Shown: piece by piece, positions 24,091-35,769 of the stretch
Numbering within the stretch: the first letter of the stretch is position 1
Layout of the letters: each line of letters starts with the position of its first letter
DNA from: Eledone cirrhosa
Taxonomy: Eukaryota
NCBI GenBank assembly: GCA_964016885.1
Contig: OZ024741.1
Coordinates: 27,156,001-27,220,000 of the forward strand
Length of the DNA stretch: 64,000 nt
Direction of reading: 5' to 3'
Position numbers and translations under genes: made by a program
Notes under the pieces: model-generated
Databases searched by the model: none
What the model was told of the DNA's origin: nothing
What the model saw: the letters and a program-made list of their open reading frames with translations, nothing else

Positions 24091-24266
24091 TATATTGAAC
24101 TCCTTTAACCATCTTTTGATCTTATATTATGCATACTCCAGTCCCACAAACTGTAGAGTGCTTCTTATCCGATATCTGCATTGCTTTATTGTACTACAAT
24201 AAAACTCACCTCCTACATATATATATAATATATATATATATAATATATTATATATATATATATGAA

Positions 24267-24309
<43 letters not shown>

Positions 24310-24355
24310 CATATAAAGAAATCATCACACACACACACACATGTGTATATATATA

Positions 24356-24399
<44 letters not shown>

Positions 24400-24428
24400 G
24401 TGTGTGTGTGTGTGATGATTTCTTTCGA

Positions 24429-24747
24429 ATGAAACAGTTCTAGTCCTGTAGAAGCCATTTCTATATTAAATTTGCTATATATATACATTAAAATATGTTA
24501 CCAAACACTGTTATTTATATCATAATTTAACTTTTTCACCTACATCTTTCCGGTTTTTATATTTGAAAACATATATATATATATATATATACCGGAACAT
24601 ATATATATATATATATATATAGCCGGAAAGATGTAGCTGAATAAGTTAAATTATGATATAAATAACAGTGTTTGGAAACATATTTTAACGTATATATATA
24701 GCAAATTTAATATAGAAATGGCTTCTACAGGACTAGAACTGTTTCAT
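24429..24747. repeat. Fold-back (~125-bp arms) around a (TA)n core
   Basis: ATGAAACAGTTCTAGTCCTGTAGAAGCC...CATCTTTCCGG pairs with CCGGAAAGATG...GGCTTCTACAGGACTAGAACTGTTTCAT. Confidence 0.9.
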
Positions 24748-25282
24748 ATATATATATTGAGACATTAAATGATGATGATGATTATTATAATTTATTTATT
24801 TATACCTGTTTGTTTGTCTGTTCATTTTTCCCTCCATCTATCTCTCTATTTTCCCCATCTTATCTACCACCACGACCAGCATCAACAACATCAACATCAA
24901 CAACATCAATACCAACATCACTATCTGGTCACAATGTTTACATTTGAACTGTCAAAAATAGGTTAAGCCTGGCACATGCACAAATCAATAACCGTGTTTC
25001 TGATCCATCGTGTTACCATACTTTCACTGTATTCCACCAGCCACCAACACTCACTTGCAAACACTGCATCTGTGCATCTGCAGACAGCACATGATGCACC
25101 AACTTACAGTGACAAAAACACTCTAGCTTACACACACATAATACCACAGTCACACACACACACACATATAAATATATATGTGTATATATGTATGTACGTA
25201 TATGTATGTGTATATTTATATGTATATGTATATATAAATAAATATATATATTTATATATATGTGTGTGTGTGTATTTATATG

Positions 25283-25317
<35 letters not shown>

Positions 25318-25457
25318 ATATATATATGTATATATCATCATCGGTTTTACATCTGCTTTTCCATGCTTGTATGGGTTGGACATATTTGTGTGTATGTGTG
25401 TGTGTGCGTGTGTACAGATAATCATTGAGGAGGTCACAGAATGTGATGAATAATGAA

Positions 25458-25835
25458 CATCATCATCGTTTAACATCTATCTTCCACGCTAGCATGGGTT
25501 TAGACGGGAATTGTCCCATGTGAGGCAAGATTGGTTGTCTTGCTTGTATAGGACTGTCTGGCGGGTTTTCTACGGCTGGATGCCCTTCCTAACACCAACC
25601 ACGTTTACAGTGTGGACTGGGAGGTTTTTACCGTCTTACCTACACGGCCACATTACAGCATGGACTGTGTGTTTTTTTGTTGTGACACCTACACAACCTC
25701 ATTTATTTAGGACTGGATATTGTGGCACCAACATAACTTTACAGAGAAAGGGGTGGTGTAGATGGGAGTGGGGGTAGGGGTAGTGGGATGGGGGTGCATT
25801 TTTGGTTAGGAGGTGCCTACTGACTAGGTTTTGCA
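25458..25835 (-). mobile_element. RTE family A 3' UTR-only fragment
   Basis: Homologous to 960-1370 and 52273-52690. Confidence 0.85.
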
Positions 25836-26283
25836 ATTATATGGTGCATGTGTTTCTTTCTATTGGTAATATTGGCAACATGACCATCCCCAAATATAAC
25901 CACAGCAGAGGTCTAACAAGCTTTTGATTCCAGAGTCATGCTAGATCAATACAGATCGAACCTTCAGCTGATCAATAGTGAAACGCACGTCACTACTCAA
26001 TAAACGTAATGAAGACATAACAAATCGTCCTTTTATTATTATATTTATACTCTGCTTAGTTCTACACCTCTTTACAGACTGGAAACTACACATCGAGTTC
26101 TCACTCGGCTGAGAACCTACAGTAACTGCACCTTACACACCATATATAAATATGTATATATATGTATATATATATATATGTGTATATATATATATATATA
26201 AAATTGAAATAAGTGGAGCAAGCAAGATTCAAACAATTCTTTAAAATAAATTAAAAATATTTAAATATTTACCTATTCCATTT

Positions 26284-26364
26284 GCTTTTACCAACGGTTT
26301 CACTTCACAAAAGATTGGAGATGCCTAGGGACTTCCAATGGAAATGTTCGGATCATCAGAGAAC
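26284..26364 (-). ncRNA. Degenerate hammerhead-like motif
   Basis: gttct CTGATGA t...t GAAACC-gtt-GGTA aaagc; stems I and II are imperfect. Confidence 0.4.
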
Positions 26365-26716
26365 ATTTTCCTTACCTAGGACAAAAGTCCCAGGAACGGC
26401 AAAATATATTGCCATCTGCCAGCTAGCACAGGATCGAATGGGGCCGTAAACTTGACCTATGCATGAACCAGCCCTTAGTAGAAGCGGAAGTAAACATAGA
26501 CGTATTGTCTATCATGCCACTAAAAATAGCAGCTAAATAAAACAACAGATTTGTTCTCTACATAACGGAGAATATTAAAAGTGGTTAATATCCCAACAGG
26601 TACTAAGTACCCATGGAAATATATAGGGTGTCTATATAGATAGATATATATACATATATAAAATTGATAAAGTGGAGAATAACATGGTCAACAGTACAAA
26701 AAAGGGGATTTATTTG

Positions 26717-26825
26717 CAGTTTAACAATTGTTTCACTGATAGAGTTGTCTAAAAATTGCTGAACATTAAAAGCAGTGCACCCAATTTTAAATACGATGCT
26801 AGCTCGATCAGATCTTCAGAAACTG
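26717..26825 (-). ncRNA. Hammerhead motif with enlarged stem II region (U10.1/U11.1)
   Basis: cagttt CTGAAGA t-ctgatcgag...ctctatcag-t GAAAC aatt GTT aaactg; perfect 6-bp stem I, palindromic AACAATTGTT stem III, 78-nt stem II domain. Confidence 0.65.
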
Positions 26826-27778
26826 TTAAAAAAATATATATGTAACCGGCAAATTTACAAATTCAAATTACATCATCAATAATAATATTAATAATAAAGA
26901 TATAGAGAGAAAAGAGGAAGAAAGGGAGATAGATAGTGTAAAGAAAGAAAGGAAAGGGAGGAGAAAGAAGAAGAAGGAAAAAGAAACAGAGAAAGAAGAA
27001 GAAAAGGAGAAATTATTATAGATAGAAATATAAAGAGGAAGATATATAGAAGATGATGGTAGATAGAGGAGAGACAAACATAAGTAAAAATAATGTATGA
27101 TAGAAAGAAGAATAGAGGGACAAATAAATGAATAAACATTAATACACGAATAAATGTAAATAAAAATAAAAATAGATATAAAAAAATATATGAAAAAATG
27201 GTGGAAATATGATAATGTTAAATATATTTATGTGTGTATTGGTTATTTTAATAAATAAATAAATTAGTTTTAAGTTATATTATATGATAAAATAAAATGA
27301 CAGAGATGAAATAAATTTAGGGAGAGAAATAGAAAGATAAAGAGTGAAAAATAGAGATATATAAAATAAGAATGTAAATATAAGAGGTTTTGATGTTGTT
27401 CTTTGATAGATGATGACAATTATAATTATAATTATAATGATGATGATGTTGATAATGTGATATTATAATAGATCCAAGTGGTACAATCTGGGTTATGGAG
27501 TAGATAAGATGGAATTAAGCTGGTCTAAAGTTCTCAAATTTATACGCCGATTTATGTCGGCAAAAAATAGTTTTTTCAATTTTACTGTTAAGAAGGATTT
27601 TGTTGTAATTTAAAATTTGGAAAAGCTCCATTTTATAATAAAAAAGAAATAGGATTTCGCTTCAAGTATAGCTTTATACAATAATAATATGCAAATGAGA
27701 TTAATCACCTCATTTACACAGACGAGAAAACTATATATTCTCGCCTGTCTTCTAGTCCAGTAGTCGCAAGCGGTGGGA

Positions 27779-27831
27779 GGGACCGTCCTGACGAAGGCCA
27801 GCTAAGCCTGAAATGCATAGCCAGTTGTCCC
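27779..27831 (+). ncRNA. Hammerhead motif with degenerate stem I
   Basis: accgtc CTGACGA aggc-cagctaa-gcct GAAA tgca TA gccagt; palindromic ATGCAT stem III; stem I 4/6 paired. Confidence 0.55.
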
Positions 27832-27969
27832 CCTTGCTTCTGCTAGACATCACCAGAGGGCGTTAGCCCCCCCCCCCCCGTGTTTGCATAGCTACGGCTT
27901 CCTAAAACCGTATTTCTTTGGAGATACGAAATGCTATTTCTTTTTCATATATATATATATAAATATATA

Positions 27970-28939
27970 TCATCATCATCGTCGTCATCATTGTTTTTAT
28001 GTCTGTTTCTCTACACTTGCATGGGTATGACGGGTCCTTTTTCAGCACAATGTCTCTCCACTCACTGCGTTCCTTCATCATCTCTGTGAGTCACAGCAAC
28101 TTGTGGTCAGCTCTCACCACCTCTGTCCAGGTCTTTCTTGATCTACTCCCACTGCAGCTTCTTTCCACTCAGATATCCTGGCACTTCTTCAACCGGCAAT
28201 TATCATCCAGTCCCACCCTTGCAAGCAGGGAAAAAGCGGATGTAAAATGAAATGATGAATGATGATGTTCATCATCATCATCATCCTCATCATCATCGTT
28301 TAACGTCCATCTTCCACACTAGCATGGGTTAGACGGTTTTGCTCCATTTGATGCGGGAATGGTTGGGAGACCATGTCTCGCTCGCACGGAAGCGTCTCTG
28401 GCAGGTTTTTTTTTACAGCTGGATGCCCTCCCTAACACCAACCACATTTACAATGTGGACTGTGAGCCCCTTCCCCGTGTCTCCTACACGGCCACCTTAC
28501 AATGTGGACTGTTGTGTCATTGACACAGTGGACGGAACGGGTAAGGGAGGCTGGGGTAGGGTGTGGGTGTGGAGTGTACATTGGGTTAAGAGGTGCTTAC
28601 TGACTAGGTTTGTATGCAATGGCAGTCGGGTCTTCTGTACAACCATATATATATATATGCCCCCTCCCCCCGCTGCAAAGTGGTCGTGGAGGTGCCACGG
28701 CATAAAAGCACCCAGCCTACACTGTAAAGTGGACGTGTAGGCACCACAGCAAAAAAAGCACCCAGCAATCACTGTAAATGAGGTTGGTGTTAGGAAGGGC
28801 ATCCAGCTGTAAAAATCAAGCCAGAAGCGGTTCCCGTATGAGCAAGACAAGGTCAGCCGACCGGACACTGCCCACAACAGGACAGCCCGTCTAACCCATG
28901 CTAACGTGGAAGAACGGACATAAAATGGTGATGATGATG

Positions 28940-28940
<1 letters not shown>
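27970..28940. mobile_element. Cluster of RTE 3' fragments in alternating orientation
   Basis: 27970-28188 (-, older short-UTR family), 28190-28268 (+ tail), 28270-28640 (-), 28660-28940 (+, family B UTR). Confidence 0.8.
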
Positions 28941-28964
<24 letters not shown>

Positions 28965-28970
<6 letters not shown>

Positions 28971-30050
28971 TGTCAACTGCTACAAAGGTAAAGGTGATGC
29001 ACTAGATAGAGGAAACTATAGAGGTATAAAGCTGATGGACCAGGTCATGAAAGTAATAGAAAGAGTTATAGCACAGTTGATTAGGGACCGGGTGAAACTA
29101 GATGAGATGCAATTTGGGTTTGTGCCAGGAAGAGGCACCACTGATGCCCTCTTCCTTGTGAGGCAGTTTCAGGAAAAGTACCTAGCTAAAAGTAAGCCAC
29201 TCTACCTGGCATTCGTCGATCTCGAGAAAGCCTTTGACAGAGTTCTCCATGCTATAATCTGGTGGGCTCTTAGAAAACTAGGAGTAGATGAATGGCTTGT
29301 GAAAGCGGTACAAGCCATGTATAGGGGAGCAGTCAGCAAAGTTAGGATTAGCAATGAGTATAGCAAGGAATTTAGCGTACAGGTTGGTGTCCACCAGGGC
29401 TCTGTTCTTAGCCCTCTCCTGTTCATCATAGTCCTGCAGGCAATAACGGAGGAGTTTAAGACCGGATGCCCATGGGAACTCCTGTATGCAGACGACCTCG
29501 CACTTATAGCTGAATCTATGGTAGAACTAGAGAAGAAATTCCAAGCAGGGACTAGAAAGAAAGGGTCTCAAAGTCAACCTGACAAAGACTAAGGACCTTG
29601 TAAGTAGACGAGAAAACAGAACCCAGATTCCCTCAGGGAAATGGCCTTGCTCAGTATGTAGGAAAGGTGTAGGTAGGAACTCCATCCTCTGCCCCAAATG
29701 CAAACAATAGGTACACAAGAGATGTAGCGGGATCTCCAGAAGCTTAACTAAGAATGTAGGCTTCACATGTAGCAGCTGTGATGGGACAACAAGCAGCGAA
29801 CAGCCACAGGAAACAAGTACAACCAAACTCTGGGAGGGCTCTGTAGAAACAGTAGACAGCTTCTGCTACCTAGGTGACCGAATTAGCAGTGGGGGTGGGT
29901 GTTCGGAAAGTACAATAACTAGGGTAAGAACGGGATGGAAGAAGTTCAGGGAGCTACTGCCACTGCTAGCTGCAAAAGGCTTTTCCTTCAAAATGAAAGG
30001 CAGACTGTATGATGCGTGTATCTGAACAGCGATGTTGCATGGTAGCGAGA
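28965..30050 (+). mobile_element. Internal RT fragment of RTE family B
   Basis: ORF 29035-29592 (QFGF, HQGSVLSP, YADD) and continued homology to 55525-56590. Confidence 0.95.
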
Positions 30051-30221
30051 TTAGCTTTATTAACGCTCTCCCCTGTTACCTTTTCTATCTATCTGTCCAT
30101 CTATCTTCTTTTTGCTCTCTCTTTCTCTCCCCTCTCTCTCTCTCTCTTTCACTTTCTATCTCTGTTTCTCTCTGTCTTTCCCTCTTTTCTTTCTCTCTCT
30201 CTCTCTCTGTATATATATATA

Positions 30222-30420
30222 TCATCATCATCATCATTTTGCGTCCATTTTCCCCACTAGCATGGGTTAGATGGGTTGTCCCATTAGAGGCAAGTCAGGT
30301 CAGGTGACCCTGTCTTGCTCATATAGAACTGTTTCTGGCTAGGTTTCTATGGCTGGATACTTTTTGTTGTGACCCCTACATGACCACTTTACAGTGTGTG
30401 TATGTGTGCATATATATGTA

Positions 30421-30471
<51 letters not shown>

Positions 30472-30897
30472 CACCGCCCCTTTCAATGTAAAGTTATTTT
30501 GGTCCCACAACATCCAGGCCGAAACAAATGAGATCGTGTAGGTGTCACGACAAAAAACACACAGTCCACGCTGTAAATGTGGCCGTGTAGGCAACACGGT
30601 AAAAACCTCCCAGCCCCACACTGTAAATGTGGTTGGTGTTAGGAAGGGCATCCAGCTGTAGAAAACCCGCCAGACAGTCCACGCTGTAATGTGGCCGTGT
30701 AGGCAACACGGTAAAAACCTCCCAGCCCCACACTGTAAATGTGGTTGGTGTTAGGAAGGGCATCCAACTGTAGAAAACCCGCCAGACAGTCCTATGCGAG
30801 CAAGACAACCACTCTTGCCTCAAGTGGGAAAACCCCCGTCCAAACCCATGCAAGCGTGGAACACGGACGCTAAACCTGATGATGATGATGATGATGA

Positions 30898-30900
<3 letters not shown>
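30222..30900. mobile_element. Two RTE 3' UTR fragments (30222-30395 minus; 30471-30900 plus, with two 112-bp units)
   Basis: Homology to family A 3' UTRs; (CAT)n/(GAT)n tails abutting (TA)n. Confidence 0.8.
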
Positions 30901-30932
<32 letters not shown>

Positions 30933-30934
<2 letters not shown>

Positions 30935-31035
30935 CATGTGGCTTAGTGGTTAGAAAATTGGATTTGGAATCGGGAGATTGTGAGTTCAGTTCTAAGACCA
31001 GCTGATGTGTTATGTCCTTGAGCAAGACACAGGAT
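30933..31035 (+). mobile_element. Head of a second tRNA-derived SINE family
   Basis: TGGCTTAGTGGTTAGA A-box, GAGTTCAGTTCT B-box, GTCCTTGAGCAAGACAC core; similar to 34413-34520. Confidence 0.65.
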
Positions 31036-31307
31036 TTGTAACCAGTAGATAATACCAGCAATGGAGAGACCAATGGAAATATTATTTCCTTGGTCTGATA
31101 CCCTTTCTGGCATCAACCCTTTTAGGACATGCTGGGACATTGTGTACCTCTTCTAAACCAGATGTACACACCTACATATATGACTTTGTGTGTGTGTGTG
31201 TATGTATATGAATATATATATATATACATATATATATTCTCAGTGCTTCAAAAAGACCAACATTCAACTGCGTGCTTTATAAATATAAATATATATATAT
31301 ATATAAT

Positions 31308-31650
31308 ATCATCTTCATCATCATCATCATTTTACGTCCACTTTTCCCTGCTTGCAAGGGTTGGACAGGTCCTATTCAGCACAGCATCTCTCCACTTGTC
31401 ACGGCCCTTCGTCATCTCGGTGAGTTTCATCGATCTGAGGTCTGCTCTCACTACCTTCGCCCATGGTTTTCATAGTCTACCTCTACTGCGTCTTCCTTCT
31501 ACTGGGATTTCTTGGCACTTCTTTACCCAGCGGTCATCCTCGATGCGCATCACATATCCATACTATCTCAGCCTTCTCACCTACACACCACAACTTATCC
31601 CTCTTATACGCAGTTTCTGTCTCAACTCGTCTATGTTTGGTCATTCCATA
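31308..31650 (-). mobile_element. Older RTE family 3' fragment
   Basis: Homologous to 42260-42575 and 51235-51455; (CAT)n tail. Confidence 0.75.
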
Positions 31651-31985
31651 TACTGTTGATATATATATATATTTATAAAGCACGCAGTCAAATGTTCATC
31701 TTTTTGAAGCACTGAAAATATACATTAGTATATAAGTATAAAGTGCTCAAGCACATCTGGAAGATATGGGGTTCAATTCCTCATAACGGCCAATGGCAAC
31801 TTCTTTTTCCATCAAGTTGTGGTCATTTTATATTAACAATGAAGATCAGACACAAACTTTTGCAATGATTCAATGCATATATATATATATATATGTATGT
31901 AAAAGGTAAAGGAAATAACAACACAATCGGTACAGTATATGGAAGGGATATATTAGGTTAATGCTTGATATAGCAGGAAGAGGAA

Positions 31986-32019
31986 CTTAATGTTTCGGAC
32001 GCTAGTCCTTCATCAGAAG
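31986..32019 (-). ncRNA. Minimal hammerhead variant lacking a stem III loop
   Basis: ctt CTGATGA a ggac-tagc-gtcc GAAAC aTT aag; expected GAAACGTT with one G>A change. Confidence 0.6.
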
Positions 32020-32096
32020 AAAGAATGAGAAATAAGATAGATTGAGGGGACGGGTGGGTTGAAAGACAAAATGTGAAGAGAGCTCAATAAGGATTA

Positions 32097-32263
32097 TAAA
32101 TGTGGTTGGTGTTAGGAAGGGCATCTGGCTGTAAAAAAAACCTGCCAGAGACGCCACCGTGCAAGCAAGACATGGTATCGCGACCATTCCTGCATCAAAT
32201 GAAACAAAACCATCTAACCCATGCTAGCGTGGAAGATGAACGTTAAACGATCATGATGATGAT
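32097..32263 (+). mobile_element. RTE-type 3' UTR/tail fragment
   Basis: GGTTGGTGTTAGGAAGGGCATC motif, CCATGCTAGCGTGG stem-loop and GAT tail. Confidence 0.75.
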
Positions 32264-32333
32264 CATATATATATATATATATATATATAAATATAAACCT
32301 GTAGAGCAAATATTTATTATTAGTACAGATTAA

Positions 32334-32385
32334 AGTTTAAGCAAAGAATTTTTGCTTTCACCCTATTATGGGATCTTCTGAAACT
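32334..32385 (-). ncRNA. Hammerhead-like motif, CAGAAGA and U10.1/U11.1 variant
   Basis: agttt CAGAAGA t-ccc-ataata-ggg-t GAAA gcaaa-aattc-tttgc TT aaact; all three stems pair. Confidence 0.55.
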
Positions 32386-34412
32386 GAGAGTGGAAAAACT
32401 CTTTCTGTCTTGTAGTGATGTCCTGATGCTGATAAAAAATAGATAAAAACTGACTCATATATATGTGTGTGTCTGTAATTTATATATATGTGTGTGTCTG
32501 TAATTTATATATATGTGTGTGTCTGTAATTTATATATATATGTGTGTCTGTAATTTATATATATGTGTGTGTCTGTAATTTATATATATGTGTGTGTGTC
32601 TGTAATTTATATATATGTGTGTGTGTCTGTAATTTATATATATGTGTGTGTGTCTGTAATTTATATATATGTGTGTGTCTGTAATTTATATATATGTGTG
32701 TGTGTCTGTAATTTATATATATGTGTGTGTCTGTAATTTATATATATGTGTGTGTGGCTGTAATTTATATATATGTGTGTGTCTGTAATTTATATATATG
32801 TGTGTGTCTGTAATTTATATATATATGTGTGTCTGTAATTTATATATATGTGTGTGTCTGTAATTTATATATATGTGTGTGTGTCTGTAATTTATATATA
32901 TGTGTGTGTGTCTGTAATTTATATATATGTGTGTGTGTCTGTAATTTATATATATGTGTGTGTCTGTAATTTATATATATGTGTGTGTGTCTGTAATTTA
33001 TATATATGTGTGTGTCTGTAATTTATATATATGTGTGTGTGGCTGTAATTTATATATATGTGTGTGTCTGTAATTTATATATATGTGTGTGTCTGTAATT
33101 TATATATATGTGTGTGTCTGTAATTTATATATATATGTGTGTCTGTAATTTATATATATGTGTGTGTGTCTGTAATTTATATATATGTGTGTGTGTCTGT
33201 AATTTATATATATGTGTGTGTCTGTAATTTATATATATGTGTGTGTCTGTAATTTATATATATGTGTGTGTGTCTGTAATTTATATATATATGTGTGTCT
33301 GTAATTTATATATATGTGTGCGTGTCTGTAATTTATATATATGTGTGTGTCTGTAATTTATATATATGTGTGTGTGTCTGTAATTTATATATATGTGTGT
33401 GTGTCTGTAATTTATATATATGTGTGTGTCTGTAATTTATATATATGTGTGTGTCTGTAATTTATATATATGTGTGTCTGTAATTTATATATATGTGTGT
33501 GTCTGTAATTTATATATATGTGTGTGTCTGTAATTTATATATATGTGTGTGTCTGTAATTTATATATATGTGTGTGTCTGTAATTTATATATATGTGTGT
33601 GTCTGTAATTTATATATATGTGTGTGTGTCTGTAATTTATATATATGTGTGTGTCTGTAATTTATATATATGTGTGTGTGTCTGTAATTTATATATATGT
33701 GTGTGTCTGTAATTTATATATATGTGTGTGTCTGTAATTTATATATGTGTGTGTGTCTGTAATTTATATATATATATATATGTGTGTGTCTGTAATTTAT
33801 ATATATATATGTGTGTCTGTAATTTATATATATATGTGTGTGTCTGTAATTTATATATATATGTGTGTGTCTGTAATTTATATATATGTGTGTGTCTGTA
33901 ATTTATATATATGTGTGTGTCTGTAATTTATATATATATGTGTGTGTCTGTAATTTATATATATATGTGTGTGTGTCTGTAATTTATATATATGTGTGTG
34001 TGTCTGTAATTTATATATATGTGTGTGTGTCTGTAATATATATATATGTGTGTGTCTGTAATTTATATATATGTGTGTGTCTGTAATTTATATATATGTG
34101 TGTGTCTGTAATTTATATATATATGTGTGTGTCTGTAATTTATATATATATATGTGTGTGTCTGTAATTTATATATATGTGTGTGTGTCTGTAATTTATA
34201 TATATGTGTGTGTGTCTGTAATTTATATATATGTGTGTGTCTGTAATTTATATATATATTTGTGTGTCTGTAATTTATATATATGTGTGTGTCTGTAATT
34301 TATATATATGTGTGTGTCTGTAATTTATATATATGTGTGTGTCTGTAATTTATATATATATATGTGTGTCTGTAATTTATATACATGTGTGTGTCTGTAA
34401 TTTATATATATG

Positions 34413-34756
34413 TGGTACATGGCTTAGTGGTTAGAGCATTGGCCTTGCAATCGAAAGATTGTGAGTTCAATTCTCAGACCAGGTGATGTGTTGTTTCCTT
34501 GAGCAAGGCACTTTATTTCACATTGCTCCAGTTTACTCAGCTGTAGAAATGAGATGATAGGGACTGGGGTCCCTATTATTCCACTGCAAAGTGGTCGTGG
34601 AGGTGCCACGGCAAAAAAGCACCCAGCACTCACTGTAAATGAGGTTGGTGTTAGGAAGGGCATCCAGCTGTAGAAATCAAGCCAGCATCAGTTCCCGTCC
34701 CACCCTTGCAAGCAGGGAAAAAGTGGACGTAAAATGAAATGATGATGAATGATGAT
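34413..34756 (+). mobile_element. Chimeric SINE: tRNA-like head plus RTE family B 3' UTR segment plus RTE tail
   Basis: A/B boxes at 34420-34475, CCTTGAGCAAGGCACTT core, 34581-34697 matching the family B UTR, tail matching 28190-28268. Confidence 0.75.
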
Positions 34757-35769
34757 GTGTGTGTCTGTAATTTATATATATATGTGTGTGTCTGTAATTT
34801 ATATATATGTGTGTGTCTGTAATTTATATATATGTGTGTGTCTGTAATTTATATATATATGTGTGTGTCTGTAATTTATATATATATATATGTGTGTGTC
34901 TGTAATTTATATATATGTGTGTGTGTCTGTAATTTATATATATATGTGTGTGTCTGTAATTTATATATATGTGTGTGTCTGTAATTTATATATATGTGTG
35001 TGTCTGTAATTTATATATATATATGTGTCTGTAATTTATATATATATATGTGTGTCTGTAATTTATATATATGTGTGTGTCTGTAATTTATATATATGTG
35101 TATGTCTGTAATTTATATATATATGTGTGTGTCTGTAATTTATATATATGTGTGTGTCTGTAATTTATGTATATATATGTGTGTGTCTGTAATTTATATA
35201 TATGTGTGTGTCTGTAATTTATATATATATATATGTGTGTGTGTCTGTAATATATATATATATGTGTGTGCGTCTGTAATTTATATATATGTGTGTGTGT
35301 CTGTAATTTATATATATATATATATGTGTGTGTCTGTAATTTATATATATATGTGTGTATCTGTAATTTATATATATATATATATGTGTGTGTCTGTAAT
35401 TTATATATATGTGTGTGTCTGTAATTTATATATATATATGTGTGTCTGTAATTTATATATATATGTGTGTGTCTGTAATATATATATATGTGTGTGTCTG
35501 TAATATATATATATGTGTGTGTCTGTAATTTATATATATGTGTGTGTCTGTAATTTATATATATGTGTGTGTCTGTAATTTATATATATATATGTGTGTC
35601 TGTAATTTATATATATATGTGTGTGTCTGTAATATATATATATGTGTGTGTCTGTAATATATATATATGTGTGTGTCTGTAATTTATATATATGTGTGTG
35701 TCTGTAATTTATATATATGTGTGTGTCTGTAATTTATATATATATATGTGTGTCTGTAATTTATATATA

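Larger units (their letters stand above)
23791..24130. repeat. Near-perfect fold-back (~160-bp arms, ~20-nt spacer) carrying two hammerheads
   Basis: Arms 23791-23951 and 23972-24130 are identical by eye except for the length of a poly(A/T) run. Confidence 0.95.

Noticed and set aside
25045-25090. Possible 23-nt minus-strand micro-exon (ctgcag|...|gtgagt)
   Set aside because: Splice-like motifs alone, with no coding or homology support.
25960-26015. Hammerhead-like CTGATCA..GAAACGCACGTC
   Set aside because: G8 is altered, there is no stem II and stem I does not pair; at best a decayed remnant.
35692-35769. N-terminal extension of the 1086-aa ORF
   Set aside because: It lies in the minisatellite; LINE homology begins at 35770.
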